This document shows, in pieces, positions 37,784 through 49,277 of a DNA stretch of 64,000 nt. Where the stretch lies: positions 7,502,001 through 7,566,000 of the forward strand of contig CP110439.1 in NCBI GenBank assembly GCA_026914245.1, read 5' to 3'. Under the pieces are notes generated by a model. It saw nothing but the letters and a program-made list of their open reading frames with translations. It did not search any database and was not told the DNA's origin. The stretch's first letter is position 1. Every line of letters begins with the position of its first letter. Origin of the DNA: Puccinia triticina. Taxonomy: Eukaryota. Both the position numbers and the translations under genes were made by a program.

Positions 37784-38969
37784 ATGGCTAGCAACAATGA
37801 AGATGATCACTCAAAAACCAAACGAGCCCCAAACTTCACTCTTGAGGAAGACACACAGCTTGCAAAGAGTTGGGTCGTGACCTCTGAAGATGCAATCAAC
37901 TCAAACCAGCAAGGGAAAGACGAGTTCTTTGCTTGTATTGCCAAAGATTATAACCAGTTCACTCCTGGGCCTCCAAGAGACGGGAATAAGCTACAAAGCA
38001 GGTATGCCTATTAGTTCTCTTGTTGGTTCAAGTCTATACTTACTGATGTTTTCATTTGTGGGTTGTTCTAGGTGGAAGAACATACAGAAGTTCATTCTCC
38101 AATTCGCTGCGATATACAATCAAATGGCCAATAATCCAGCTTCTGGAACCTCCCCATCGGACTGGCTCATTAATGTGAAGGAGATGTACCTCCAGACCGA
38201 AAATCGCGCTTTCACCCATGATTCAGCTTGGAATATTGTCAAGGACGCGCCGAAGTGGAAGAAATTGATGACTGGACACGCAAAAAACGGTGCCCGGCCC
38301 TCTCCACGCCCTTCATCCCACTCAGCAGCAAACTCAACATCCGCTGAGTCACCTTCGCTCTCAGCCAGTTTCCAGTCACAGCCAAATCCCTCCTCTACAC
38401 CGCAAGGCCCCGATGAGTCTGAACTTCGATGGAAGCGACCCAAAGGGATCAAACAAGACAAGAGAAAGGTTGAGGAGAGTGAGTTTCGTCGTCAGAAACT
38501 CAAGCTTCTTGAGAAAGCGACCAGGGACGCCGACCGACGAATTGCTGCGGCTAATCGCTTGAACAAAATTCAAGAGCGACTTGCGGCGACCGAGGAGCAA
38601 AATTCCGCCCTGAAGTTGATGTTACAGGACCTCACTGAGTGCGGAGACGAGGAGCTGCATGAATACCTGACTGCTCGTAGGAAGTGCATCCTTGAAAAAA
38701 TCCAAAATTCACCTGCAAAAGTCCGTTTGGCATCGGCCACAGCTTCCGCGAATGAATCTGCGACTTTGGATCCTGACGATCAAGCAAGATTGGATCCTTT
38801 TGGTACTCCGGATCGTTTGGAAGCGGCGCCGAGTTCTCTTCATGAAGATATGGGTGAGGGCAGCGGCCCCTTTGACTCTCACCAAGCCTTTCAGACACCC
38901 TTGGGCCCTCGACGCACTTTGTTGTCTTCGCTTGCGGACAGGGACAACATCAATCCTGCCTTGTTGTAA
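37784..38969 (+). CDS. Harbinger Myb/SANT-like protein (one intron, apparently intact)
   Basis: RAPNFTLEEDTQLAKSW...LQSR|WKNIQK...NPASGTS...WNIVKDAPKW...RPKGIKQDK; intron ~38002-38071. Confidence 0.88.
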
Positions 38970-39016
38970 TGTTCTTTGGGTCTGTTATCATGCTTCCCTA
39001 GCCCAAACAACAACTA

Positions 39017-39214
39017 GGGATCATGCTATGTAGTGTTGTTCTCACTTTCCCTGCTTATTGATGTCACCAAATAAGAATCTCAATGAAAAATTAGGGATCA
39101 TGTTATGTAGTGTTGGTCTCACTTTTCCTGCTTATCAATATCACCAAATAACAATCTCAATTAAATGGTCTCACTTTTCCTGCTTATCAATCTCACCAAA
39201 TAACGATCTCAATT
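39017..39214. repeat. ~70-bp tandem repeat, 2.5-3 copies
   Basis: GGGATCATG(C/T)TATGTAGTGTT...CTCACTTT.CCTGCTTAT...CACCAAATAA..ATCTCAAT repeated between the convergent genes. Confidence 0.85.
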
Positions 39215-39314
39215 AAAAAAAATTGTATTCATTTCTCTTTGAAATGTTTGGTTGTCTCACAATAAATACCTGGCTTGCATTTCAGTTGAGATAAAGAGGT
39301 CATAGATGAGAGAA

Positions 39315-40733
39315 TTAGACCTTGGGTTCTTCGGCCCTTTGGGCGTCCAAATCTTCAGAGTCCGAATCGGATTCTTTGGCCCTTTGGGCGTCCAAATCGG
39401 CGTCCAGTTGGGCATCAAGCTTGGCATCTAATTGCCAATCCGTTTCCGTCTCTTCAGATCTCCCGCTGAGCCTCCATCCAGGGGCAATGAGATCCTGGAG
39501 GAGCCTGTCATGGATTCCACATGATTTCATTTTGACCGTTCGGATTATTTGCTCCCAGATAGTGAATGGCTGTTTGCGGGGTGGAATGAGTTTGAAAGAG
39601 TCCGACCGAGTGAAATGCATTGGTGGATACCGATATTCCACCATCATGTTGTGCAGAATGATGCATTTGTTCATGATGATGGCAATATCGCCGGGGTACC
39701 ATTGAAGCGCGGGCTTGGTGAGTATCTTCCAGCGTGCTTTTAACATCCCAAAAGCTTGTTCAATGTCCTTCCGAGCTGATTCTTGACTCTTAGTAAAGTG
39801 TTGGGTTGCTCAATCTTGTGCCAGGCCCTTTGACTCAATAAGGGTTGACCAACTAGGATATATACCATCGACCAGATAGTAAGCGTGGTTGTACTCGTGT
39901 TCATTAACAGTAAAATTGATGTTCCACAAAGTCCCCGCAATTGTAGATTGGAAGAGAGGTGAGCAATCAAGGACGTTGATGCCGTTAAGAGAGCCGGAAG
40001 TGCCAAAGAAGGCATGCCAAATCCACGTGTCTTGTGTTGCAACTGCCCTGGGCACAAGAGTCGGCCCCTTCTCCTTGCCTTTAAACTGCCCAGCATGAGC
40101 AGTTGGGCAGTTCTTCCAACCCCAGTACATGCAGTCCAAACTGCCGAGACAACCCGGAAAGCCTCGTTTGGCGTTCTGACTCAGAATCCGTTGGAGATCA
40201 TCTTCAGTTGGGCTTTGCAAGTAGATTGTACCATAGAGCTCTTGGATTGCCGCACAGAACATTGACATGTTCACTTGAGCTGTTGTTTCTCCAAGGCGGC
40301 AATATTCATCTGTTGCATCGAATGGCAGTCCATAGCCTAGCTGTTGGAGGATGGCTGTCATTTTCTGTTCCGGGCTGAGTCCAAGCTTGCCGGTACAGTC
40401 CGACCTCTGGACAAAGTAAGGACAATTTGACTTCAAATCTTCAAGGATGCGCATGAAAACCTCCTATTCAAGCCGAAACCGTTGCGAAAAGGCACGATCA
40501 TCATACCTAGAAGCAATCATCATTGAGGTCAGCTTCAATCAGCTAATCATGGGCTGTAAAAAATCAAGACCATCCATACGTTGAGTTCTTGTTAAAATAA
40601 TCGGCCATGAGCTTATCATGAAAAATGTAACGGTCACGGTCTTTGTTTGGCCTTCTTCTGCGACGTTCTTCATTTTTTGGTTCTTTGCCATCCGAGTCAG
40701 AATCCAGTTCTGTAATTTTTGGTAGAATTCGAA
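39315..40733 (-). pseudogene. Harbinger DDE transposase, frameshifted
   Basis: DCTGKLGLSPEQKMTA, RGFPGCLGSLDCMYWGWKNCP, WIWHAFFG, YYLVDGIYPSW, LKARW, CIILHNMMVE; stops and frameshifts. Confidence 0.93.
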
Positions 40734-40744
40734 CTGCAATTATG

Positions 40745-41021
40745 ACACACACACCTGACAATGACGATGACGATCGGTAACTTTAACAACTCTGACTCTG
40801 CACGACTACAACGACTTTTCTGCACACACACCTGACAATGACAATGACGATTGGTAACTTTAACAACTCTGACTCTGCACGACTACGACGACTTTTCTGC
40901 ACACACACCTGCGATGACGCAGGGTTATTTTGATTTTGATTTTGGAATGGGGAGTTCGGGTGAAGGACGCGTAAGAGTTTGTATTAGTCTCTTCTTCACG
41001 TGATAATCTTGTAAACGCGTG
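40745..41021 (-). other. Processed (intron-less) copy of adjacent exons, order A-B-C-C-c
   Basis: 40985-41021 = exon 41441-41477; 40909-40984 = exon 41269-41344; 40832-40908 and 40755-40831 = exon 41086-41162. The GT-AG introns 41345-41440 and 41163-41268 are exactly absent. Confidence 0.9.
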
Positions 41022-42326
41022 ATTTTTATTTTATCAATCATAAGAAATGAAAAAGAAAACATTATTAAATGAGAAATAATCTAACCTGACAATGACGATG
41101 ACGATCGGTAACTTTAACAACTCTGACTCTGCACGACTACGACGACTTTTCTGCACACACACCTGACATAAAGGAAAAACAAAGAACATAGGAGAAAAGA
41201 AAAACAATGTTAAGGATTGGGTGTGATATAATTATGGGATGAGGAAAAAGGAGAATGACGAGGCATACCTGCAATGACGCAGGGTTATTTTGATGTTGAT
41301 TTTGGAATGGGGAGTTCGGGTGAAGGACGCGTAAGAGTTTGTATCTGTGGTTGAGTGATTTGAGATGTGATGTTAAGGGAGTTTGATGGAGGGTTAGTTT
41401 TGGTTTGAGGTGAATTTGAAGTTTGTTGATTTTTACTCACTAGTCTCTTCTTCACGTGATAATCTTGTAAACGCGTGAAGAAAAGACTAGCAAGGTTGGG
41501 GCGGAAGGAGTGCGGTTTTGTTGTCGGAGGGAAGTATTGGTTAGGTTTGTTTCAGTGATGATGCGAGTTCAAATTGACGTTTGCTGCGTATTCATAATGC
41601 GATGAGGGAAGATGAATATAATTTAACAAGTTCTTCAAAAAGGGTTTGGAGGGTTGCTTCATCTTCAAGGAGATTGTGAATCATCTGTTGTCCAAGTCAA
41701 AGATGATGTTGTATTAAGGATCTGTGTTCGGTTTTGTCCATGGAGGTAGGGAGGAAGGGAGTATGTAGTGTGAAAATCAATAGTGTCAATGTGGATGCCG
41801 GGGCTAGACCAGATTAAGCCCTTAATCCAATATTTAGTCTGAAACCAATGTGGTTGACCATGCGGATTAGTGCTAGTCCGGACTTAGTTGCGGGCTTAAG
41901 TTAAGCTAATCCCTAGGCCCCAATGCGGATGCTCTGAGGGACTAAATCCCAGGCTTGCGCGACTGCGGCGCACTTTTAGCTTCCCGACCAAGGTCTCTTT
42001 CACACCGCAAGGTTCCCAAAGTAGCACCTCCAGGTTGTGAAACCGGATAGCCCCGACTCCCCGATGGCCGGTCAGCACAAGAGGTGCATACCGATGTCCG
42101 GTCAATACATGGCAGCATCCTCTCAATGGCCGGTCAGTACTGGCCATTGAGATATAGTCCTCTTGATGGCCGGTCAGTACCAGCCATCAAGATGTAGTCC
42201 TCTTGATGGCCGGTCAGTACCGGCCATTGACATGTAGCTGTGTGAGTCAATCGATGACCGGTCAATCCGGTCATCGAGAGGAGATGTGAGTCCTCTTGAT
42301 AACCGGTACAGCCCGGTCATCAAGAG

Positions 42327-42813
42327 CAACACTGGGTCGCTACGCTAACCATAGCGGTTAGCGTAGCATAGCGCAGCGCGAATGCGCTATTTTTTAGCGT
42401 AGCGTTAGCGCAATTGCACGCATATGCGCTAACGCTACGCGCACGCGGTGCGCAGCTATTTTAGCTGATAGCGTAGCGTTAGCGCAGATGCGCGCAATTG
42501 CGCTAACGCTACGCATGCAGGGCGCAAAAGAGCGCGCGCTACGCTGCGCTACAGCGCCTTTAGCGGGAAAAAAGGGCTTTTTTTCCGCTAAAAGCGCTGT
42601 AGCGCAGCGCAGCGTAGCGTAGCGACTGTAGCGGCGCGCTAACGCTAACAAAGAATTGGCGCGCTGTTAGCGCCGCTGAAAATTAGTGCAGCCTATCGGC
42701 GCTAACAGCGCGCTAATGCTATGCAAAATAGATGGGCGCTTTTTGCCGCTACGCTAACGCGTAGCCCTGAAATAGCGTAGCGTAGCGTAGCGTAGCGTAG
42801 CGACCCAGTGTTG
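42327..42813. mobile_element. MITE with CAACA termini, (GCGTA)n repeats and 7-bp TSD
   Basis: TIR CAACACTGGGTCGCTACGCTA; TSD TCAAGAG (42320-26, 42814-20); inserted in a hairpin array. Confidence 0.9.
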
Positions 42814-43467
42814 TCAAGAGTTGTGTGTCCTCCCAAGGACCAATCTGTGCCGGTCATCGAGAGGTGGTGACTCCCCTCAATGACCGGTCAATCCGGTCAT
42901 CGAGAGGAGACATGAGTCCCATCAATGACCGGTATATACTGGTCATCAAGAGCTGTGCATCCTCCCGATGACTGGTCTGTGCCGGTCATCGAGAGGTGGT
43001 GAGTCCCCTCAATGACCAGTGATTGGTCATTGCGAGCTGTGAGTCCCCTCGATGACTGGCACAGACCCGTCATCGAGAGGAGGGTACTGTACTGCTGATC
43101 CCCTCGATGTCCGGTACCGGCCATTGATAATTGGACACACATTTATTATGCCTGTGATTTTTTTGTGTACAATAGTTGGTTTGGCCGGGAAGGCCGTTGA
43201 TTATGTCCGTGGATGTCTGGGGTTGGGGGCATCAGGGGTTGTGTGCGGGAAGGTGCGGAGTATCACAGGCCTCCGGCTGTGTGATATGGGAGCCAGAGGA
43301 GCTATGTGGGGAGCTATAGTGTTCTAAATCTGGTCTTGGTTTAGCTCCCCGGATGGGTTTTCCTACTTTAGGGTAGCCTTTAGCGCCTCCGGTGGAGGAG
43401 CTAAATCGGATCTGGGGAGCTAAATTTGGTTTAGTCCCTTGATTTAGCTCCCGCGGTGGAGATGCTC

Positions 43468-43567
43468 TAAGGCGCCGTCTTAAGGTGAAGCTCACAGGCC
43501 TCCCTCCCAGGTCGGACAGAGCAAAACCGGCGGTCTTCGGGCGTGGGTTCGAATCCCATTGTCGTCA
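43468..43567 (+). tRNA. tRNA-Leu(AAG), intron-containing, 5' end missing (pseudogene)
   Basis: TAAGGCG, anticodon stem CCGTC/GGCGG around TT-AAG-G plus intron, T-arm GTGGG-TTCGAAT-CCCAT, acceptor strand TGTCGTC-A, then a T-run. The 5' acceptor and D-stem are replaced by a transposon end. Confidence 0.8.
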
Positions 43568-43842
43568 GTTCTTTTGGCCCCTCACGGGCCGATGTTTGAA
43601 TTTTTTTTTCCAGCTTTTCCAGCTATTTTACGCTCCTCAAGACGTACAATTTGTTGATGGTTCATGGTTTTGCCAGGTGAAGGCCGCTCTCGCTGCGGGT
43701 GGGGTATTTAAATTTGCATCATGTAGACAGAGTCGCCGCCGGGCTGAGCTGTGGTTGACCGTTCGGCCTTACCCGGTTCACCGGTCGGCAAGTGGCGAGA
43801 CAGAGCCAAGACGAACGGCATAAATTGCACATTGCGCACAAC

Positions 43843-46164
43843 ATGGCCCCATCTACCTCTAGCAATCGTTGTCTGCATGGAAATCTAACCTCAGTGCTCA
43901 CCACCAAGTCTGGGTCACGCATCGACATTGAGCTCGATGAACGGGTCGTTAAGGAGGAAGACGCCGACGATGGGGCATGTTGGCCATCGACCTCGACCGG
44001 CATCGGCAAGACCAATACGGCTCGCGAGCGAGTCCATCGTATCAGATTTCTTGGCGTCTGGTGTCGCTCGTTCCTCTCTGACCTCAAGGTATGCTCGACA
44101 CTGAAGCTTAACCTGCACGCGTACGAGCCCGACTTTGATGCGACGGAAAATCGTTGGGAATTCAGGAACGGTGTACGCGCCAAGCTGCTGATAGACAACC
44201 CGGCTGAGAATCAGTTGCCCTTCATTCTAAAGACGGTCGATATAAGTCAGGCCGTTTTATCTTGTTTTTTTTCCTGGGGGCAAACAGCGTTGGACTGATG
44301 ATAACACCGTGCCTTCTCCTTTTCTTTTGTGGTTGTTCGAACAGGTCCACGTCTTTCAGACGACTTATCTGATTCATCATCCATTGCTGAACGGGCACCA
44401 GATCCTCAAGCAGCCATCTCATCCACAAGTCACTCTAAACGCGGCCTCCAAGCCAGTCATGAAGACCACAGAGAAACCAACGGTTCCACCAGATCGACAG
44501 CCAAACGAACCCTGCCGGCGCGCGATCAATCTACTCCGTTGACGAATCAACCAGGCTCCTCGTCAAACGGCCAAAACCCTCACAAACGGGTACACGTTGA
44601 CTCTAGTCAACCGCTTCACCACCCTGACCATCATTCAGATACTCATCAGACCTCAACTCGTCCAAACTCCGCTGCCTCTCATCCTTCGAATCGTTCTAAT
44701 CCGAATAATCCTGCAAATCAATCCCGGCCAACTCCCTCACAACAAGCATCTCCTCTTGCAAATCCATCCCGTCCAGCTCTTTCACAACTTCCAACGAATC
44801 GCCCACCAGCCTCCCAGTCAGCGGTAAGTAAATACATATCGTTCTCGTTCATCTAAGCCACCTAATTTCTGATAACGCGACCCACAGGTCATACCGTTGA
44901 AGACGTTGAGGGAGATAGAGCAGCTTCAAGGAGGACAGAAACAGTCATTTAATCTGATAGCCCTGATCGACGATAAAAAGACGGAGAAGTGCGAGCGAGT
45001 TTCGGGTGGTACGTCGGATTACAAGATGACTCTCTATGTCAGCGACTCGTCACGCAATCCGGGCACGAGGAATATGACCTGCAACCTATTCTGGAAGAAG
45101 GCTGAAGACTGTCCGCCTTGGGAGAAAGCGCTTTGGAAAGTGATCTTCCTCTTCAACGTTCATAAACGGCCTTCGTCAATCTACGATCCTCAGATCATCG
45201 GCCCTTCGAACCAGTTCCAATGGGCACTCTGGTGTCCCGGATACATTGGCTCGGCCGAGCAATTCCTCTCCTCCAACAAAAACATCAATCAATTTTGTTC
45301 CCTCTTTGGCTCCTCTCCTGCTGATCTCAAGGCCAAGGCTCTCGCCCTTTATCAACCTTCAGGTGGCCAATCTTCAGCCGCTCTTTCTCAATCCTCCATA
45401 GCCATCTCCCATTCGATCCCTATGACGATCTCCGAGCTTGGACATGGTCCACGCCAGAGATTTGATTTGTGTGTTGAAGTAAGTTTTTTTTTTTTTTTTT
45501 TTCGATCCCGCGGAAGATTGGAAAGGATCATTCAAGAATCGAACCTGCGAAACGCTGTGAATCGGGATTGACCATGCTGTTCTGGTGATCTTTGCAGATC
45601 ATTGATCTGTGGGTCGATGGAGAAGGTAGCGATCGGCTGACAGTAACGGACTATACCCGGAACCTGATCCTGCACATGCAGAACCCGGTGATCCTGATGG
45701 ACGGACTGTCGAGCTCGTCCCCGATAGCAGATATGCACCGAGAAGCCGGGGGGGATGCGGACAATTGGGCATTGACAGAGAGTCGGCTTCTGACGGTATA
45801 CATCGAGCAGCCGATCCTACAGACATGCTATGGCCACTTCAGACAATCTGAAACCAATCAACTCTCATCCGGATCTGCACACGGCCACGACTACCGCTCC
45901 ACCCTCCTCGGCCGCTTCGTTCGCCTCTCTCAACTCGACCTCCGCATTCGGGCCGGTAGCACCAACAACGGCGTCACTTACGCTTTGATGGCTAACCCCT
46001 TTAAACCCCGCGTTTCTAGGCCTGATGAAAGCTTCGAAATGGACGCCGACTCTCGCGCACTCCTCGCCGACAGAATCGTACCCCTCTCCACCTCGGAACC
46101 CGCCTTTCAAAAGCTGTTGTGCGATAAAGAGATCTATCAGCGCGAATTGCAAGGATCTGTCTGA
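43843..46164 (+). CDS. POT1: POT1-like telomeric ssDNA-binding OB-fold protein, multi-exon
   Basis: NLIALI...SDYKMTLYVSD...TCNLFW...CP resembles OB1 and RFDLCVE|IIDLW...LTVTDYTRN resembles OB2 of fungal Pot1. GT-AG introns. Confidence 0.65.
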
Positions 46165-46486
46165 CCACCTCTCAAATCTATTTGTGACGTAATCCCATTG
46201 ATACCTCCGCCATTATTTGAACTTTCTTGTTCTCAATTTGGCCATTACTCATCATCTCACAATATCTCACAATAGCGAACCATCTCATACTTCCCCCCCT
46301 TTTTTGTGTATTTAGGTCACTTCCCTCATCAAACACCGTTAGCTTCCTTTGTTTTGGTTTATGTGCTCCTCTTAGCTCTCCAGTTTTGTTTTTTGTTTGA
46401 TAAGTTGAAATCATGGTTTGGTTTAGAGGCTGGGAAAAACATAACAAAAACTGTTGTTGAGGAATGAATGGGCTAAGATAAGGCAG

Positions 46487-48076
46487 CTATCGTATCACAT
46501 TTAAATTTAGAATTTCCTGGGCTACCCTAACCACCTCATCCTTTTTGGCTTCAGCGAGGACATATTCGTAATTGGAATAAAAAATTATCTTGTAGACGAG
46601 CTCCGGGAGGCCGTCTGCCTGGAGCGGGTGAAACCTGTTGTTTTTCTTTGCGCAGTATTCGACAATATGCCAAGCGTAGCCCAGGACATTTGATGAAGCC
46701 TTATTACCGGCCCAATTCGTCGTGAAGTGTAGCATACCATACAACTTCCGGCCATAAACGTGCTGGAGAATGTCTTCTGAACCTCTTTCAAGATCTTCCC
46801 AGAAATTTGCGAGGATGATTAGAAAATCTTCAATGTAGCCTTTTGTCAATTGTCCACTCTTGTGTTGGTTAAAAAGAGAAAGAGTGACTATGTGCAGGAA
46901 AGTGGCGCATTTTGTTAATTTTACTATCATTTCAATTCTTTTTAAAATTGGATTGTCTAATCGCGGGCTTTCTTTGGAAGTCTTCAACTGCAAGTTGTTC
47001 TTAAGTCTTGGGACCATATATTCCACGATATCGTTCGAAAAAACCGTGTATCCTTCAAGACTAAGTTTTTCATCTGACAGTTTCAATATGATTTTTAACT
47101 TCTGTGAATTTCTTGCGTTTTCTGATAAGATTCTCATGTCTGGATAGGGAATTTCCGTTCTTGATATCCCTCTAAACAGGCTCATGAATTTGGACGCGTA
47201 CTCTTTTGGAATCCAGAAATATTCATCACTAGTTTCATGAAGCTCTACATTAAAGAGTTCTAACTCGGTTGCTCTTTTAAGTTTTCTCATGACTTGGAAA
47301 AAAGAGGCGATGTGAGATTCCTGGGATGCGTTGTGGTGATCCTCATATTCATTACTGGTCTGATGAAGCTCTTTGTTGAAGAGTCCTGACTCGGTTTTCT
47401 TTTTTGTTTCTCTCTTGGCTTGGAAGAAATTCTCAGCGTGGTTTCTCGCGCTCTGCGAATCCTCATCACTTTGAATGTTCGAATCTTTTCTGACAAAACC
47501 CCAGTCTTTAACATTGAACAGTACACGTTTTCTTTCATTCTCTTCGAGTCGGCTGGGCCTGATGTGCTTACTTCGATCATTCGGCGTGCTTTGGAAACTT
47601 TCAATTGTTTGCTTTTCTTGTTGTCGCGATTTGGCAGCGGTAGCAGTGATACCTTTCGGTTTAATCGCATTCTCGGCTGGCCAGTCCTTTGGGTATTTCA
47701 ACCAAGCCTTCAGTCTTTTGTCCAGTTCAATCGGCGCCATTGTTTGTTCGTGTTCTTTAGTAGCATCAACATTCTTGCGCTTGTGGGACCTAGTCGGACG
47801 ATCATTCACCGGAACGGTGTCTGAGGTAGAGGCCAACCAGTGCAGTCCCACCTGGTCGCTCTGTGAGGCAGAATCTTCCTGTGAAGCATCTGAGGGAGGA
47901 TTTGGTTGGAAAAGACAGAATCGAGGCGTGCTAGGAGGTTCATCCGGCGGGAACTCGTTTAAATCCAAAAGTACTCTAGGAATCCTTTCACCTCCTGGGT
48001 CCAAAGTGGCGAGTACAAAGGCGTGGTGGGTCAAGAGAAGCATGCAATAGAGCTGTTGAATAAAATAGACTTTCAT
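46487..48076 (-). CDS. Secreted effector candidate, 529 aa, single exon, DLNxxP (EAR) motif
   Basis: MKVYFIQQLYCMLLLTHHAFVLA signal-like N-terminus; LLDLNEFPP; basic RSHKRK; long intact ORF flanked by repeats. Confidence 0.8.
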   Translation of the reverse strand: MKVYFIQQLYCMLLLTHHAFVLATLDPGGERIPRVLLDLNEFPPDEPPSTPRFCLFQPNPPSDASQEDSASQSDQVGLHWLASTSDTVPVNDRPTRSHKRKNVDATKEHEQTMAPIELDKRLKAWLKYPKDWPAENAIKPKGITATAAKSRQQEKQTIESFQSTPNDRSKHIRPSRLEENERKRVLFNVKDWGFVRKDSNIQSDEDSQSARNHAENFFQAKRETKKKTESGLFNKELHQTSNEYEDHHNASQESHIASFFQVMRKLKRATELELFNVELHETSDEYFWIPKEYASKFMSLFRGISRTEIPYPDMRILSENARNSQKLKIILKLSDEKLSLEGYTVFSNDIVEYMVPRLKNNLQLKTSKESPRLDNPILKRIEMIVKLTKCATFLHIVTLSLFNQHKSGQLTKGYIEDFLIILANFWEDLERGSEDILQHVYGRKLYGMLHFTTNWAGNKASSNVLGYAWHIVEYCAKKNNRFHPLQADGLPELVYKIIFYSNYEYVLAEAKKDEVVRVAQEILNLNVIR

Positions 48077-48699
48077 GTTGGCCAATTTTCGCGAATAAAA
48101 TGTTATTACCAGGTCTCTGCGCAATCTTGGGGCGTGATGTTGTGTGCTACGTGCCCCGAGTGAAGGCTCAGCCTCCTGATGGTATATTTTGTTCTCTGCA
48201 TGTATGATCATCCGGAAGTCCAAGGCCCTTCCTGACACCCAGAAGTCCGATTGATAGTACGAAACACTACCAAGAGGTGGGTATCCTTAACATATTGGGA
48301 AGAAAACATTGTGTCAAGTCATGTAAATATGCAACTGTAGCAGAAGTCATGATTCCTGGAAAAGTAATAAAAAAAGGGTCTTGATTGATTGACTACCTAA
48401 ATTTTGATTTCCGACCACCAAGCGGCGCGTACGTCGGGAGGACCGCTCCTCGACGTTGCGCCCGGGTCGTACGCGGGCGCATTTTGGTAGTTGGAATTCA
48501 AAAATGAAAATACTGAAAGGTGGAAATATAATTTTCCAAAAAAAAGACCTAAATACTTCCAAAGTTATTAAGCTCCCCATTGGGCATTGGGGCACCCAAA
48601 GCCCCCCAAACTTTTACAGTGGCCAGAAAACCATCTCAAAAGCCCATAGTTAGGTGCATGGCATTATCTGGCCTCAAAAATGCCATGTGCAACAGAGGG

Positions 48700-48966
48700 T
48701 CCATTATGGCAGATTTCCTACTAATGAACACCACCAAAACCTTAGCCACAGTGCCCCACAGGGTCCCAAAATTTTACAGTGCACAGATTAAGCTCTGAAA
48801 ACAATATGATGAGCTGCATGGCATTAGCACCAGGAATGGGGTGTGCTACTGTGCGCCCATGTTGTTTTCAGAGCGTAATCTGTGTACTGTAAAATTGTGG
48901 GACCCTTTAGGGCACCATGGCTATGGTTTTGGTGGTTTTCCTTAGTAGGACACCTGCCAAAATGGG
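48700..48966. repeat. ~105-bp imperfect inverted repeat within a repeat remnant
   Basis: 48700-48808 is the approximate reverse complement of 48858-48966; a further partial copy lies at ~48600-48670. Confidence 0.75.
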
Positions 48967-49277
48967 CGCACAGTACTCAATGACAGGAACTGTTCCAGTC
49001 ATTGAGACTCAGAGCATTAAACACACTTCTCAATGAACGGGTCCATTCCGGTCATTGAGAGCAGTAAACACTCCTCCTCTTGACAACTGGAACAGACCCA
49101 GTCATCAAAAGGAGTAAACACTCCTCTTGATGACCGGAATGGACCCGGTTATTGAGATGAGTTTTCAATCTTCTCTCAATGACCTGGGGGAGTAAAGAGC
49201 CCGTTCATTGAGAGTGTTCCTCCTCTTGATGGCCGGGTCTGTTCCGTTCATTGAGAGGAGTAAAGACTCCCCTCAAT

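Larger units (their letters stand above)
37531..41934. mobile_element. Inner PIF/Harbinger element
   Basis: TIR GAGCATCTGCATT / AATGCGGATGCTC, 3-bp TSD TGA (37528-30, 41935-37), two convergent Harbinger genes. Confidence 0.93.
34624..43467. mobile_element. Outer PIF/Harbinger element (with nested insertions)
   Basis: Ends GAGCATC(C)ACC and GGTGGAGATGCTC, both flanked by TAA. Contains a convergent transposase and Myb-like gene. The TIR match is short, so the pairing of ends is inferred. Confidence 0.65.

Noticed and set aside
48077..48238. 54-aa N-terminal extension of the 583-aa ORF
   Set aside because: It begins at a non-ATG codon; the ATG at 48076 gives a signal-peptide-like start.
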